Origin: Eutreptiella sp. 'Long Island Sound 2002'
Taxonomy: Eukaryota; Protista; Euglenida
Direction: 5' to 3'
NCBI GenBank assembly: GCA_964036045.1
Contig: OZ038379.1
Coordinates: 8,866,001 to 8,930,000 of the forward strand
DNA length: 64,000 nt
Positions 43,722 through 53,897 of the stretch are shown here, piece by piece. The notes below the pieces were generated by a model. That model worked only from the letters and a program-made list of their open reading frames with translations, was not told where the DNA came from and made no database searches. A program made the translations under genes and the position numbers. Numbering within the stretch: the stretch's first letter is position 1; each line of letters opens with the position of its first letter.

Positions 43722-46700
43722 CTAGGTATCCAGAGTGTTTGCTCTCCCGTGCCTCGTCACGAAAAGCGGGCGGGCGACATCCTCGGCCATGGTCTCCTCT
43801 AGCCCCCGTGGAACTGGGGCTGGTGGGGACGGAGGGGGGGGTGTTTTCGGCCTCCTGCGTTTGGGGGCTGGAGGGGTGGGGGGTTGGTGTGGGGACCTCA
43901 GCAGACCCGTAGAGATACGTGCAGGCCCTTGCAGGCGTGGTCGTTTGTGGGGCAGTTGTGCATGTGCAGCAAGTGGGCGCTTCCGGCGCGCAGGCACTGG
44001 GGTGCACACTTTATGGTGTCCCCGCTGACAGCAGTGGCGCACTCCCCTTTGCTTGAGTGTGCACCTCGGGCACGGTGGCAGGCCATGCAGTGGGCACAGT
44101 TGCAGTTGCGGTCTGCGTGCTATGTGGTCATCAGCGTGATGTCCCAGCGCACAGCATGCTTCAGCTGTGCGCCGAAGTCTCTTGCAGGTCGTGCATGCGT
44201 CAGCAGAGTGCTGGGCACACTTTGACGGATCAGCCGGCGGCGCCGGTGGTGGCGCCCTGTGTGTGTTTGCGCGCCTGCGTGTCCCGGTGTAGGGGCGCTG
44301 TGGGAGCTTCCCATCCCCTATCACAGGGAAGAAATCAGCTGCAAAGGAGGAGCAGCCCCCCCCCCCCCCCTTTGGCAAAAAGGGTCTGCTCCGAGGACGG
44401 AGCCAGCCCCAACTGCAGATTCCCCTGGAGTGCACGTTGTAGTCGATGCTCCTCCACTTCCTGCGCTGTTCTGCGTGGCCTATGTGTGTACGGGCGCAGT
44501 TTGTGTATTCTGTTGAGACCAACCTTGGTGGCCCACGTGCGCTCACAGTATGCCGCTAACTGCTGAACGTGCATGTTCATGGCACTGCGGCAGGTGAAAT
44601 AGGGGCGGCAGTTCAGGCCGCAGAGTGCCGGCCCCCCCAAAGGAACTAAAGAGCTGCAGCGTGTGACCACACGCGCTGGATGCAAATGGCCTTTGGTGAC
44701 CAGACGCTGCGCATTTGCCATTGCCAGTCGTAAGACCCGGCCTCTCTCTTGCAGTGAAAGGGTGGTGCCCTTAAATTTTGCCTGTGGAGCGTGTGGGAGG
44801 GTGCGTTGCGCAAATTCCTCAAAGTCCAGTGCGAGTTCCAAGAACGTCACTGTGCCTGGTTTAGGGGCCCAGTGCACTTCCCTCAGCCAGCATAGCAGGT
44901 CCGCCAAAAAGGGCATTTCCCACTGCCATTCCACCTTCTTAGGGGTACGCAAAAGAAGTAACCCTTTGTCTTCCGGTCTGGGGAGGGGTCCCACCAGTTG
45001 GTGGTACGGGTATTGCCGAAGCTGCTGTGAGAGGCTCGACCCCATGAAAAGCATGGGGGATTGTGTGTCTCGTAACTTGCGGGCCTGCAAAACGGCTACT
45101 AACATATTGTGCAGAGCTGTCATGAATGCGAGCGCTGTCCCTGACTTGACGCTGTCTGTGTCTAACTCTGGGGCTAATCCACAAAGTCGTAAACATGGGG
45201 GCCACTGGTCCATGAGGGGAAGGCCTGTGATCTGTGCTGCCGCCGTGCTGATGCCCGGCAGGTGGGTGTCCCGCACCGTACTCCAGGCTGAGCACTGCCA
45301 AAAAATGTGCTCCTCGTTTTCCGGAGCATTGCCACAGTACGGGCACGTGGACGTGGCTCTCATGCCACGTTGATAGGCCCGGAGGGCTGTCCAGGTTGCT
45401 CCTGATAGGATGCCCCGCAGGATAGAGCGCTGTAACTCTGTGGCAAATGACGCTATGCTGGGCTGGACCAGGCGCCGGCATGTGGTGTAATGAGCCCCCG
45501 CGAAAAGGCGGGGACGCCTCTAAACTAGGCTGTCCAGCATTTGCGAGCGCAGCTGTTCACGCACCTCGTGCTTGACAGTGTTTTTATCCCCGTATAGGAG
45601 GAGGGGTTCCTGGCGCCCAGGCACTTTCCATCCCCACCATCCCTGCGTAGCGACCCAGCCACACTCCTGTGCTGTGGACATGGCTTGGCCGTATGGGCCG
45701 GAGCCTTTGTGAAATGTTGTCATCTCCCAAATGGCTTGGGCTGTGATCTGTCCAGCACCCCTGGTGCGACACAGCTGGGATAACCACAGGATGCGATGAT
45801 ACTTAAGTACCAAGGTAGGTGCAATCCGGTGTCCTTTGCACAGCAAGGTGAAAAAGATTTCTTTGGCCCTTCCGGGCCGTGACCGTCCCCAAATGGTCTG
45901 CATGACCTTAGTCTCGAAGGGCAGAAGGTCTTTGGGCTGAAGTGGCACTATTTCTGCTGCGTGCAGGCCAGTGGCCGTGATCATTGTGGAGATGATGTCG
46001 CATCTCCTTTCAAAATTGCCCTGAGCACCATGCACCCTATCCAGGAGGCTGCAGGCTCTGGAAATCCTTTTCTTGATGAGCGGTCCCGAACAAGTCGCGT
46101 CCGTGGTGCGGACCCCCGCGCCCAGGGACTTAAACTCAGAAGAGATAGGGAAGGGCACCCCCTGTAGTGCTGCCTTCACTGGGTGACGGGCGTCAGACGA
46201 AAAGCCGACAGATTTCTTCGCGTTCACCCCTTGACCCGTGTCCTCAAGCCAGTCAGTGGTGCAGTCTAGCAGGGGGGTGAGGGTATTGCTTCCGGCTGCA
46301 AACCCATAAGTATCATCCGCATACCCAAGGGCAGTTAGGATGAATTGCAGGGCCTGCGCGCGGGCATATCTCTTCCCTAGTGCGCATAGGCTGTCATACA
46401 GCGACATACAGTCTACCAGCGTTGGCAGGGGGCGTATGAGTGGGAGGGAGGGGTCAAGGGCACTGGCCACAAATTCATGAAGCAGCAGGTCCTCACAAAA
46501 GGCCAGCGCCGTTTTGCGCATGCGGCGGCACGCGGCCTGCCACGATAGTTCCACCTGTCTGGGCACCACCCCTGGCCGGAAAACCTGGCTGGCTTTGCGT
46601 TTGGCGGATGCCGGGACTCGTTTGCCCCTGATGCCCAGCTGGGCACGTTGCCACTGGATGACCGAGCGAAGGGCTCCCAGGGTCCCTGTGATTTTGGAAA

Positions 46701-47800
46701 GTATGCGCGTGCGCGGGCCGCCGTTGGGCGCCAGGCCTGTCGGTGCTAGCGTAGTGTCCCGCAACATTCGCTCCGTGCCACGCCCCCGTGGGGCACTCTT
46801 GGGTGCAAATGGGAGTGTGGGGTTGGGGGTGTCCAGTGTAAGATGCGTGCATGTGAGTGCCATGCCTACTTCCTCGGCCAGCCAGGTCCACCTGTCCCAA
46901 ATGTCATTGACATTTCCCTGTTGCAGCAGGGCATTCCAATCAGCCTTGTGTGGCCGGAGCAGCGAGTCACAGATTTTCTGAGTGTCCTCGGCCGATCTGG
47001 GGGGGGGGGGAGAAAGGAGGCAGTTTCTTGATTTTAACAACTTTCTGCATTGGGACGTCAAGCGAGAAAGTGAAGCACACTGGAGCATGCCCAGGGAGGG
47101 AATGAGACTTCAGCGCTGTGACATCAGTCAACGTGCCCGCTTGCGCTGGGGTGACCAGGAGGCCGTCAATGCGGTTGGGGGGTTTGCCTGCCGTCGTGAA
47201 GCCACATGCACATGGTGTGCCATGGAGAACGCTAAAAGTGCGGTCGGCATCCACCAGCCAGCCGTCTGCCAGCGCCGTCAGGAGCGCAGCAGGAACTTTG
47301 TGCAGCAGGTCGAAATTGAAATTTGCGTCCGTTAGCAGGATGCATCCAGCATTGCCTAGTTTGCTCATATAGCAGACCACCTGCTCCCAGAACTCCTGGT
47401 TCAAAGATTCGTTGCCTGGGATGCCATAGGCCACACATATGTTCAGCACACAGTGCCCTGCACCGATTCCTGCCCGTGTGTGTAGCCAGCGCCCTGAATG
47501 CCACAGCCTGCAGGCAATTGGGTCGTCTGGATCTGGTTCAACCTTGCGGACACTCCAGCCCTTCCTGAACAAAAGTCCCACCCCTCCTTGGGGAGCTCCC
47601 CAGATGCCCCCTGTTGGGGAGCCCAGGGGTTTTCCCCAGTGGCATTCCCAGCCCCATTCTTTTGCAATTGCCCTCATGCAGCGTTGCCCAGCCTCAGTGA
47701 GCCGGGTTTCTTCCATTCCAATCACATCTGCCTGAAAATTGAATACGTCCTCGTGATGGACGCGCAAAGAGGTAACGTTTGTCTGAACGAATTTCAGAGG
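43722..47800 (-). pseudogene. LINE copy 2 ORF2 remnants (APE; deleted RT; nonsense codon at about 45520; frameshifts at homopolymer runs near 47000 and 44360)
   Basis: ORF-track pieces 46967-47767, 45520-47088, 44335-45363 and 43722-44546 align in order to copy 1 ORF2. Confidence 0.9.
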
Positions 47801-47837
47801 ACCTGTAACTCAGTGCCATCTTCCAGGGGGGGGGGGG

Positions 47838-49658
47838 TCAGAGAATGCTCTCATCCTCCTCTGCCGCGGGGGCTCCCGCAGGCGAGTCCTCCATTTCTTC
47901 ATCATCAGGCAAGACACACCCCTGGACCGCAGGGAGCGTCGTGTTTTTCCCCACCGGGGTGTATGAGGGGCCAGTGGATTTACGCAGACATAGGTGCCAC
48001 CTACGGACAGGCATCCGCGAATCCTTCGCCGGTGCAGTGCAGCCCTCCCAGTCTGGGGGGACTCCCGTAATATCCATATCAAACACAGGGTTGATCAGCC
48101 CACTGTGCTTCAGGTGTTGACATCGTTGCACTTTGACAGTGTTAGCGCCGAAAACGCGGTCAGCCTCCCTTTGGGCCGCAGACTGCGACCCTGAGACAAG
48201 GCCCATAGAAATACCATAGCCTCTCACTCTCACTCGTGTCATGGGGGGGGTGAGTTGTATGCCCAACAGTCCTGCAATTTCCTCCCTGGTTTCAGGCAAG
48301 ACAGCCCCCCCCCATACTCGTACCCCGAGTCTGTCGTCCTTGTCCCCTGCCATGAGGCCTGCGAACCAAGGCTGCTTGCTTAATCTGCGCCACTGCTCCG
48401 AAATGGAGCGCTTGTTGGATGGAGGGAGCTTGACCCAGACCATGTTGGCCTTCAGGTCATCGACATCGATGGTTTTGCTCATGAACAACCTGTATTCCAG
48501 GCCGACGATTTTGCCACTGCTGCAGAGCACCTGCTTAGCCATGGGCGCTGGTAGCACCACCGTGACTTCATACTTGCTGCCCGTCTTGCCCACTTGCATG
48601 GGTGGGGGACTGGTGAGTGCCGGCTGGAGTAGGGGGGCCGTCAGCTCCCAGCACGTGTTTTCAGCCCAGCGGGATGCCTTGACTTTGGTGTTGTCCTGTC
48701 CCGCGCGCAGTGCGGAAGGGTCTAGGCAGCACACTATCCGAATGGCAGCCTTGTCCTGAGGTAGCACTTCTGGCTCCGTATCCTGTCCTTCGACGCCGTC
48801 TTTGGGTCGCTCCCAGCAAAGCAGGATGGAGTGCTCAGGTGGGATCACAGTCACATCCGGGTCTCTCTTGACTTCCCAAGACATACGTTTGGTAACGACC
48901 TTGATGCTGAGAACGAAATCCTTGACATGCAAGCATTCTCGTGAACTGCCAAGCGCTGCCAGTATGCCTGGCACATTGACCACTCCCCGTCTGCAGTTTG
49001 TCGCTAGCACGTGTGCGCTGACACTCTGGATGCTGTCATATTTTGTTAAGGCCTGTGCTGCTATTGCGTGCGCTTCCGCCAGCGGTTGCCCCACAAGCAA
49101 AACGTGCTCGAAGGCCTTTGCGGTGGCCTCTGTGACCTTCCAATCATGGACAGGCTTGTTTGCTCCTATCTGTTGCAAAGACTTGAGTGCAGTCTTGTGC
49201 TCTCCCTGGTAAATGCGGCGTCCTTGGACCGCAGTGAAGCCGTGTTTGCCCTCAATTTCATGCACCGCAGTGGCTGTTGGCTGCAGTGGTTCTCCCAGGT
49301 CTGGGACATCCTGTACGACAAGACGGCTCTGTGTTTTCATCCTCCGAGTGAGGGCCGCGCGATAGGGGGACTGTTGCTCGTCCACCACGGTCTGCTCCTT
49401 TGGGGGCACCGATTTACCCCCTGCCGCTTGTAGTGCTGCGCGCAACTCGCGGACCGTGCCACGTAGCTCCCAGATGACGCCAAGGAGTTCCTCTTCCCGT
49501 GCAGTAGTCGTTTTCGCCGGCGGCGGTAGATCCTTCTTCCCACTGAGAGGTGGTGCGATGGCTGCGGCCAGAGCTTCCAGGAGCTCTGGTTTACGTAGCG
49601 CTTCCAAAATTTCATGGGTAAGTCCCGACATTTTGTATGACCCGTGGGGTCGTGCCAA
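47838..49658 (-). CDS. LINE copy 2 ORF1 (606 aa, intact; N-terminal predicted coiled coil, no CCHC knuckle seen)
   Basis: Long ORF directly upstream of the APE-coding region, homologous to the copy 1 ORF1 pieces. Confidence 0.9.
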   Translation of the reverse strand: MARPHGSYKMSGLTHEILEALRKPELLEALAAAIAPPLSGKKDLPPPAKTTTAREEELLGVIWELRGTVRELRAALQAAGGKSVPPKEQTVVDEQQSPYRAALTRRMKTQSRLVVQDVPDLGEPLQPTATAVHEIEGKHGFTAVQGRRIYQGEHKTALKSLQQIGANKPVHDWKVTEATAKAFEHVLLVGQPLAEAHAIAAQALTKYDSIQSVSAHVLATNCRRGVVNVPGILAALGSSRECLHVKDFVLSIKVVTKRMSWEVKRDPDVTVIPPEHSILLCWERPKDGVEGQDTEPEVLPQDKAAIRIVCCLDPSALRAGQDNTKVKASRWAENTCWELTAPLLQPALTSPPPMQVGKTGSKYEVTVVLPAPMAKQVLCSSGKIVGLEYRLFMSKTIDVDDLKANMVWVKLPPSNKRSISEQWRRLSKQPWFAGLMAGDKDDRLGVRVWGGAVLPETREEIAGLLGIQLTPPMTRVRVRGYGISMGLVSGSQSAAQREADRVFGANTVKVQRCQHLKHSGLINPVFDMDITGVPPDWEGCTAPAKDSRMPVRRWHLCLRKSTGPSYTPVGKNTTLPAVQGCVLPDDEEMEDSPAGAPAAEEDESIL

Positions 49659-49788
49659 GCAGGGTTTTCACCAGCCCAGGGGGAGGTAGAAGCAGCCCGT
49701 GTGATGACAGAGTCACCGAGGATCGCGCCTGTTTGGCTTTCGGTTGGGTATGCAGTGTCACCAGCTGGCAGGCACCAAACAAAACACC

Positions 49789-49826
49789 TGTGTGTGTGTG
49801 TGTGTGTGTGTGTAGCGTGTGTGTGT
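49789..49826. repeat. (GT)n microsatellite between the LINE copy 2 5' end and the PLE
   Basis: Read directly. Confidence 1.
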
Positions 49827-52800
49827 TTACATTGGTCAGTTGGGCTGTATCACCCAGCCGCGCCCCCCGATTGTGCGCTTCCGTGAACACCATTGCGGAG
49901 GTAAGGCCCTCAGTAAAACCTACACTGGCAAGTCCCACCAAGGAAAAAAGACTTTCGGTGGTACAGCAGTCCCCTCCCTGCCCAGACTCATTGCTAGGTT
50001 TGGGGCTGGTATGTTCTCCATGCTTCCCATGCAGTATGTTACTACAGAACACCCCCTGTGTCTGGAAGGTGAGTGGAATACCCTGTGTGCCCCCACAGTC
50101 AACGCCCGAGACCCGGCCCATGTCCCCCTTCGTGAAGAGTGGTCGACCCTACTCAATGCCATTGCATGCCCTTCCGATTGCAAACAGTATGCAAAACTTG
50201 TAAATACAGTGATCTCCAACCATGCTCAGGTGGGCCACCTAAATGACCTCCTGCTATTCATGGCTGATGTCAATACCTATGTGAAGGGCCCACAGTTCGA
50301 CAAATTGTTTTCGGTAATTGCTAAGCGTGTGAACCGGGAGCTAAGGGTATCCCTACCGAGGCGGATCACCCTCCACCTCCCCTCATACTCCAGCACGTTA
50401 AACTCGTGGCTGCAGGACCTCCTGAAACGTGTATGCATGAAACACTCCGCCCCCTCAGGCATCAAACACTGGCTGATGCGAGCCGTCACAATTGTCCCTG
50501 TAAAAGCTGCCAAAGTAGTTGACGCTGTGCGCAAGCACCAGGCGCCAGTGGTTGCGGAACACACAATCGCGTGGCTCACACGGAACACACCCCTCATGCC
50601 TGAAAACCCCTACCCCAACCAAATCCCCCCGTATCAAAAGCTCCAATCCCCACTAAGCACAGAGCAACTGCAAGCCCTCCGTGCCACGTTGCGTGCAGAG
50701 CTACAGAAATATCACTGCGCCTGCTCTGCGTGGCAGGAAACACACCCGTGTCTCGCGAACCCTACGGGTCATGTGATCATTCGCACGACACAACAGGCGA
50801 ATGCACTCCTACTACCGAATGAAGCAAAGTTGCTCGTTGAGAATGCACGGGTCCCCCTCCTACCAAACCCCACCCACCTAACGGACAGCCTTGCCAGATT
50901 CCGCCTGGATCTGGTTAAAGCGGTGATCCCTGTAGCCATTCCCCACTGTGACCGACCCCTGCCGGCCCCACTTCTGCCGCTTGACCAAGTTGATGCCATA
51001 TGTCACTCCGTGAGAGAGCGATGCCTAACAGAGATCCAAGCATGCCACAGCAGGGCCCCATGGCTCAGTGAAACTACGCGGAGCTCCGTGAAAAGCACCA
51101 TGCGCCATATGCAGCTGGTAGGACATTTCTGGGACAAACAACCAACGAAGGTGTCAGCTCAGTGCTTCAAGTTAAATGAGTTTCGGTGCCTGGACAACAT
51201 CCTAACGGGGAAAAAATTCCGGATCCTGGGCTTTGCCCCCTCGCCCTACCTGGCCCAGGCCCATGGCCTTTATCTCCTTGTCTCCTCTGCGCAGCAAGCA
51301 GGGGTCACAAAAGATGCGAAGCGCCACAACCAGCTACCTGCGGCCTATGCCTCCCCCTCCTCCTTCCAGGAAATGCTGATGCATACAGTACACTCGGAAG
51401 CCCCCCTGCCCCACAGGCCCCCCTCTGTGTACTCTACTCTTAAATGGAAAGCAGATGAGTTGAGCGCCACCACACTGGGTGAGGGACTAAAATGGAGAGA
51501 GATCGTCACTTTCATTGGCCACCCGCTTGAAACCTGGGGCAAAAGTATGGGCCGCTGCCTAAAACTTCTGGTTGAAGCGGCGGCAGAGGCTGTACCTGGC
51601 CTGGGCACCCCCCTACTCCTAAATGTGCGAGATGCTTTCCTGGCCCTGGTGCGCCAAAACCCAGACTGGTCCTGTACGCTTCCTGATGAAGCGGACATGG
51701 ATGACCAGTACTGGAACATCCCCAGGGGAGAAGTTGAGGATGCACTAGAGTGGGCCCTGAGCCTTGTCAAGAAACATGTCCGCTGTGAGCATGTCTGGTT
51801 CTCCCTGGGCAAATTAGACAAGCGATTAGACAGAGTAGGGAAAGCGTGCGGACCGTACCACACTGTGATCTCTCAAGAGGAACTGACTCGATATGTGAAG
51901 TGGGACCTCCATCACAACACAGTCCTCACGCTGGGCTGCCTGCTACTCCAACAAACAGATATTGGTATGGCCATTGGGGGGTTCCTGTCGTCACATGCAG
52001 CTGAGCTTTGGTGTCTCTGGCGTGAGGTACACTGCTGCAAACCGTATGCGATCCCTGAGTTTACCAACTCCATTCTTGATAACATGAGGTGCCAGCTCAG
52101 CCTGCCTGAGTATACCGACCCGGCTGCCCCTGTAGACATTTTTGTGGACCTTGCCCTGAGCCCCCCCAAGCCGTACTTCAATGGCTCGCTCCCCCTGCAT
52201 GCATGTGATCATGATGGCCTGATTGCACATGAAGAGTCCCCCCAGGTGACCCCGAACGACCTAAGTGATGAAGGTTTCCTTCCCTGGTGGTCCCCAGTTG
52301 ATACAGTGTGGGGGCTACTCACCCTCAATGGCCTCTGCATACCAATCCTCTCCCCAGCCCCCTGGGATGGTGCCCCGGCTGGGCGACTGCACAACATCCT
52401 GCAGCATGCTCCCCGCAAGGACAAAGCTGACCTCAGGCTGTTATTCATAGAGGTACATATGCCCAAAATTGCACTCTCCGAAGCCTTAAAGGGCTGGAAA
52501 AATTGGTATCAACTCAGCCTCCTCAACCCCCCCCAGGAGCACACCCCAGCCCTCATGCTGAGCCGGTTCAAAGACAATTGTCGTATATTTCTGATCTCCA
52601 TACCCCCTTCTCTGCATCAGCCATGCCGTGCTTTCTGTTTTGCCTTCCTGTCTGCACTCTACAAGATGCCCCTAAAGTGGGAACACCACCCCCCCCTGGC
52701 CCCATGGGGTACAGCCACGGTCAGCATCAGTAATGCAGGGCCATCCCTCATGCGCAAGGGCACCACGCTATCTGCCAATGCCCCACAGGCGGAATGGCTG

Positions 52801-53082
52801 ACCTGGCCCCCGGTGTATGCCCCGAATGCGCGCACAACCCTGCGCTCCCACCTGCCGGCACTAATGCTTGATTCCATATGGTTTGCCCTCTCCTCAGCCG
52901 ATGTGGTATGCAATTTTAGGTCCATTGCATGGGGGCTGGGGTACTGCAATTACCCATCTGTGTGGTGGCGAACCTCTGCACACCGGTTCTTGCGTAACTA
53001 CGTCCTCCTCCAGGTTGTGTCCACACATCAGTTTATGCTGTGGGTATCGGAAGGTAGAACCACATCTCAAAATCAAGTGTAG
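49819..53082 (+). CDS. PLE polyprotein (1087 aa, N-terminus missing): GIY-YIG half-domain, long linker, PLE-type RT and thumb
   Basis: VYIGQ...RFREH...LEGEW...PTVN (GIY-YIG); PSVYSTLKWK...WREIV, DMDDQYWNIP, QQTDIGMAIGGFLSSHAAEL, RFKDN and ...GLGYCNYP (PLE RT). The called GTG start lies inside the microsatellite. Confidence 0.85.
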   Translation: MCVYIGQLGCITQPRPPIVRFREHHCGGKALSKTYTGKSHQGKKTFGGTAVPSLPRLIARFGAGMFSMLPMQYVTTEHPLCLEGEWNTLCAPTVNARDPAHVPLREEWSTLLNAIACPSDCKQYAKLVNTVISNHAQVGHLNDLLLFMADVNTYVKGPQFDKLFSVIAKRVNRELRVSLPRRITLHLPSYSSTLNSWLQDLLKRVCMKHSAPSGIKHWLMRAVTIVPVKAAKVVDAVRKHQAPVVAEHTIAWLTRNTPLMPENPYPNQIPPYQKLQSPLSTEQLQALRATLRAELQKYHCACSAWQETHPCLANPTGHVIIRTTQQANALLLPNEAKLLVENARVPLLPNPTHLTDSLARFRLDLVKAVIPVAIPHCDRPLPAPLLPLDQVDAICHSVRERCLTEIQACHSRAPWLSETTRSSVKSTMRHMQLVGHFWDKQPTKVSAQCFKLNEFRCLDNILTGKKFRILGFAPSPYLAQAHGLYLLVSSAQQAGVTKDAKRHNQLPAAYASPSSFQEMLMHTVHSEAPLPHRPPSVYSTLKWKADELSATTLGEGLKWREIVTFIGHPLETWGKSMGRCLKLLVEAAAEAVPGLGTPLLLNVRDAFLALVRQNPDWSCTLPDEADMDDQYWNIPRGEVEDALEWALSLVKKHVRCEHVWFSLGKLDKRLDRVGKACGPYHTVISQEELTRYVKWDLHHNTVLTLGCLLLQQTDIGMAIGGFLSSHAAELWCLWREVHCCKPYAIPEFTNSILDNMRCQLSLPEYTDPAAPVDIFVDLALSPPKPYFNGSLPLHACDHDGLIAHEESPQVTPNDLSDEGFLPWWSPVDTVWGLLTLNGLCIPILSPAPWDGAPAGRLHNILQHAPRKDKADLRLLFIEVHMPKIALSEALKGWKNWYQLSLLNPPQEHTPALMLSRFKDNCRIFLISIPPSLHQPCRAFCFAFLSALYKMPLKWEHHPPLAPWGTATVSISNAGPSLMRKGTTLSANAPQAEWLTWPPVYAPNARTTLRSHLPALMLDSIWFALSSADVVCNFRSIAWGLGYCNYPSVWWRTSAHRFLRNYVLLQVVSTHQFMLWVSEGRTTSQNQV

Positions 53083-53422
53083 TGGCAGCCTGGGTGGCAC
53101 TTCATACTGTTCCTTGTTGCTTCCAGCGTTGCTGGCCAGGCGAGGTACCCCCTGTGGCTGCACCCCACTTCCCCACTTCGCCTCTTCACGGGTGTCATTT
53201 TTTGGAGACGGTCATTTTTTAGAGGCGGTCTCAATTCCGGAGGACTCTCCACGACCGCGTGACCTCGTTCTCTTGGCCGGACGCCTTGTTGGCTGGAATG
53301 CCAGTGGCGAGTTCGCTGCGGCGTTCCCCACGGTGTCAGGGCATGGAGACGTCGTCACCGCGTGGAAAGGCACAACACCGTGTGGCTGCCCCCCCCCCCC
53401 TGTCTCCCCCCCCCCCATACAG

Positions 53423-53897
53423 CGCCATCACCTGAAGGTGTGAACAAATGTGATCACACGGACATGGAGTGCGTACACGCATACACAGCCCCGGCACGCA
53501 GTATGCCCCGGGGTACTGATGGTTCGTCTCTGGTGTTTTGTTGCGCTGGTGGCACTGAACTCTGTCCCCTTAGGCCTGCTGGGTCCCTCTGCGCCATCAC
53601 CTGAAGGTGTGAACAAATGAAGGTGTGAAGAGATGGGACCACACGGACATGGAGTTCGTATATGCATACACTGCCCCGGCACGCAGTACGCCCCGGGGTA
53701 AATGAACCACTCAATGCTTCTCGGTGAACACCCCCAGCGCTAGGTCAAGTGGGTTTGTCGTTCCTTCGCTGCCCGTGGCGGCATAGCTCCAGCCCCCACG
53801 CCCCATACGCCATCACCTGAAGGTGTGAAGACCTGTGGTCACATGACATGGAATGCGTATACGCATACACACCTCCGGCACGCAGTATGCCCCGGGG
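53423..53897 (+). repeat. Three 90-110-nt hairpin-rich repeats separated by less similar spacers in the PLE 3' region
   Basis: Units at about 53423-53515, 53592-53700 and 53808-53897 (CGCCATCACCTGAAGGTGTGAA...CCGGCACGCAGTAYGCCCCGGGG). Confidence 0.9.

Larger units (their letters stand above)
43591..49788 (-). mobile_element. LINE copy 2 (diverged subfamily) with an internal deletion of about 1 kb in RT, embedded in (CA)n
   Basis: Same 5' end as copy 1 and (GT)n on both sides. ORF2 jumps from KRYAR to ..FILTALGYADD. Confidence 0.95.

Noticed and set aside
49735-49788. Hammerhead ribozyme in the LINE 5' UTR (CTGGTGA...GAAA on the minus strand)
   Set aside because: Stems I and II do not form, no correctly placed UH site, and copy 1 reads CTGGTAA.
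53423-53897. CRISPR array interpretation of the three repeats (also the 21-bp array at 14.4 kb)
   Set aside because: Eukaryotic context, repeats too long and variable, irregular spacers, no cas genes.
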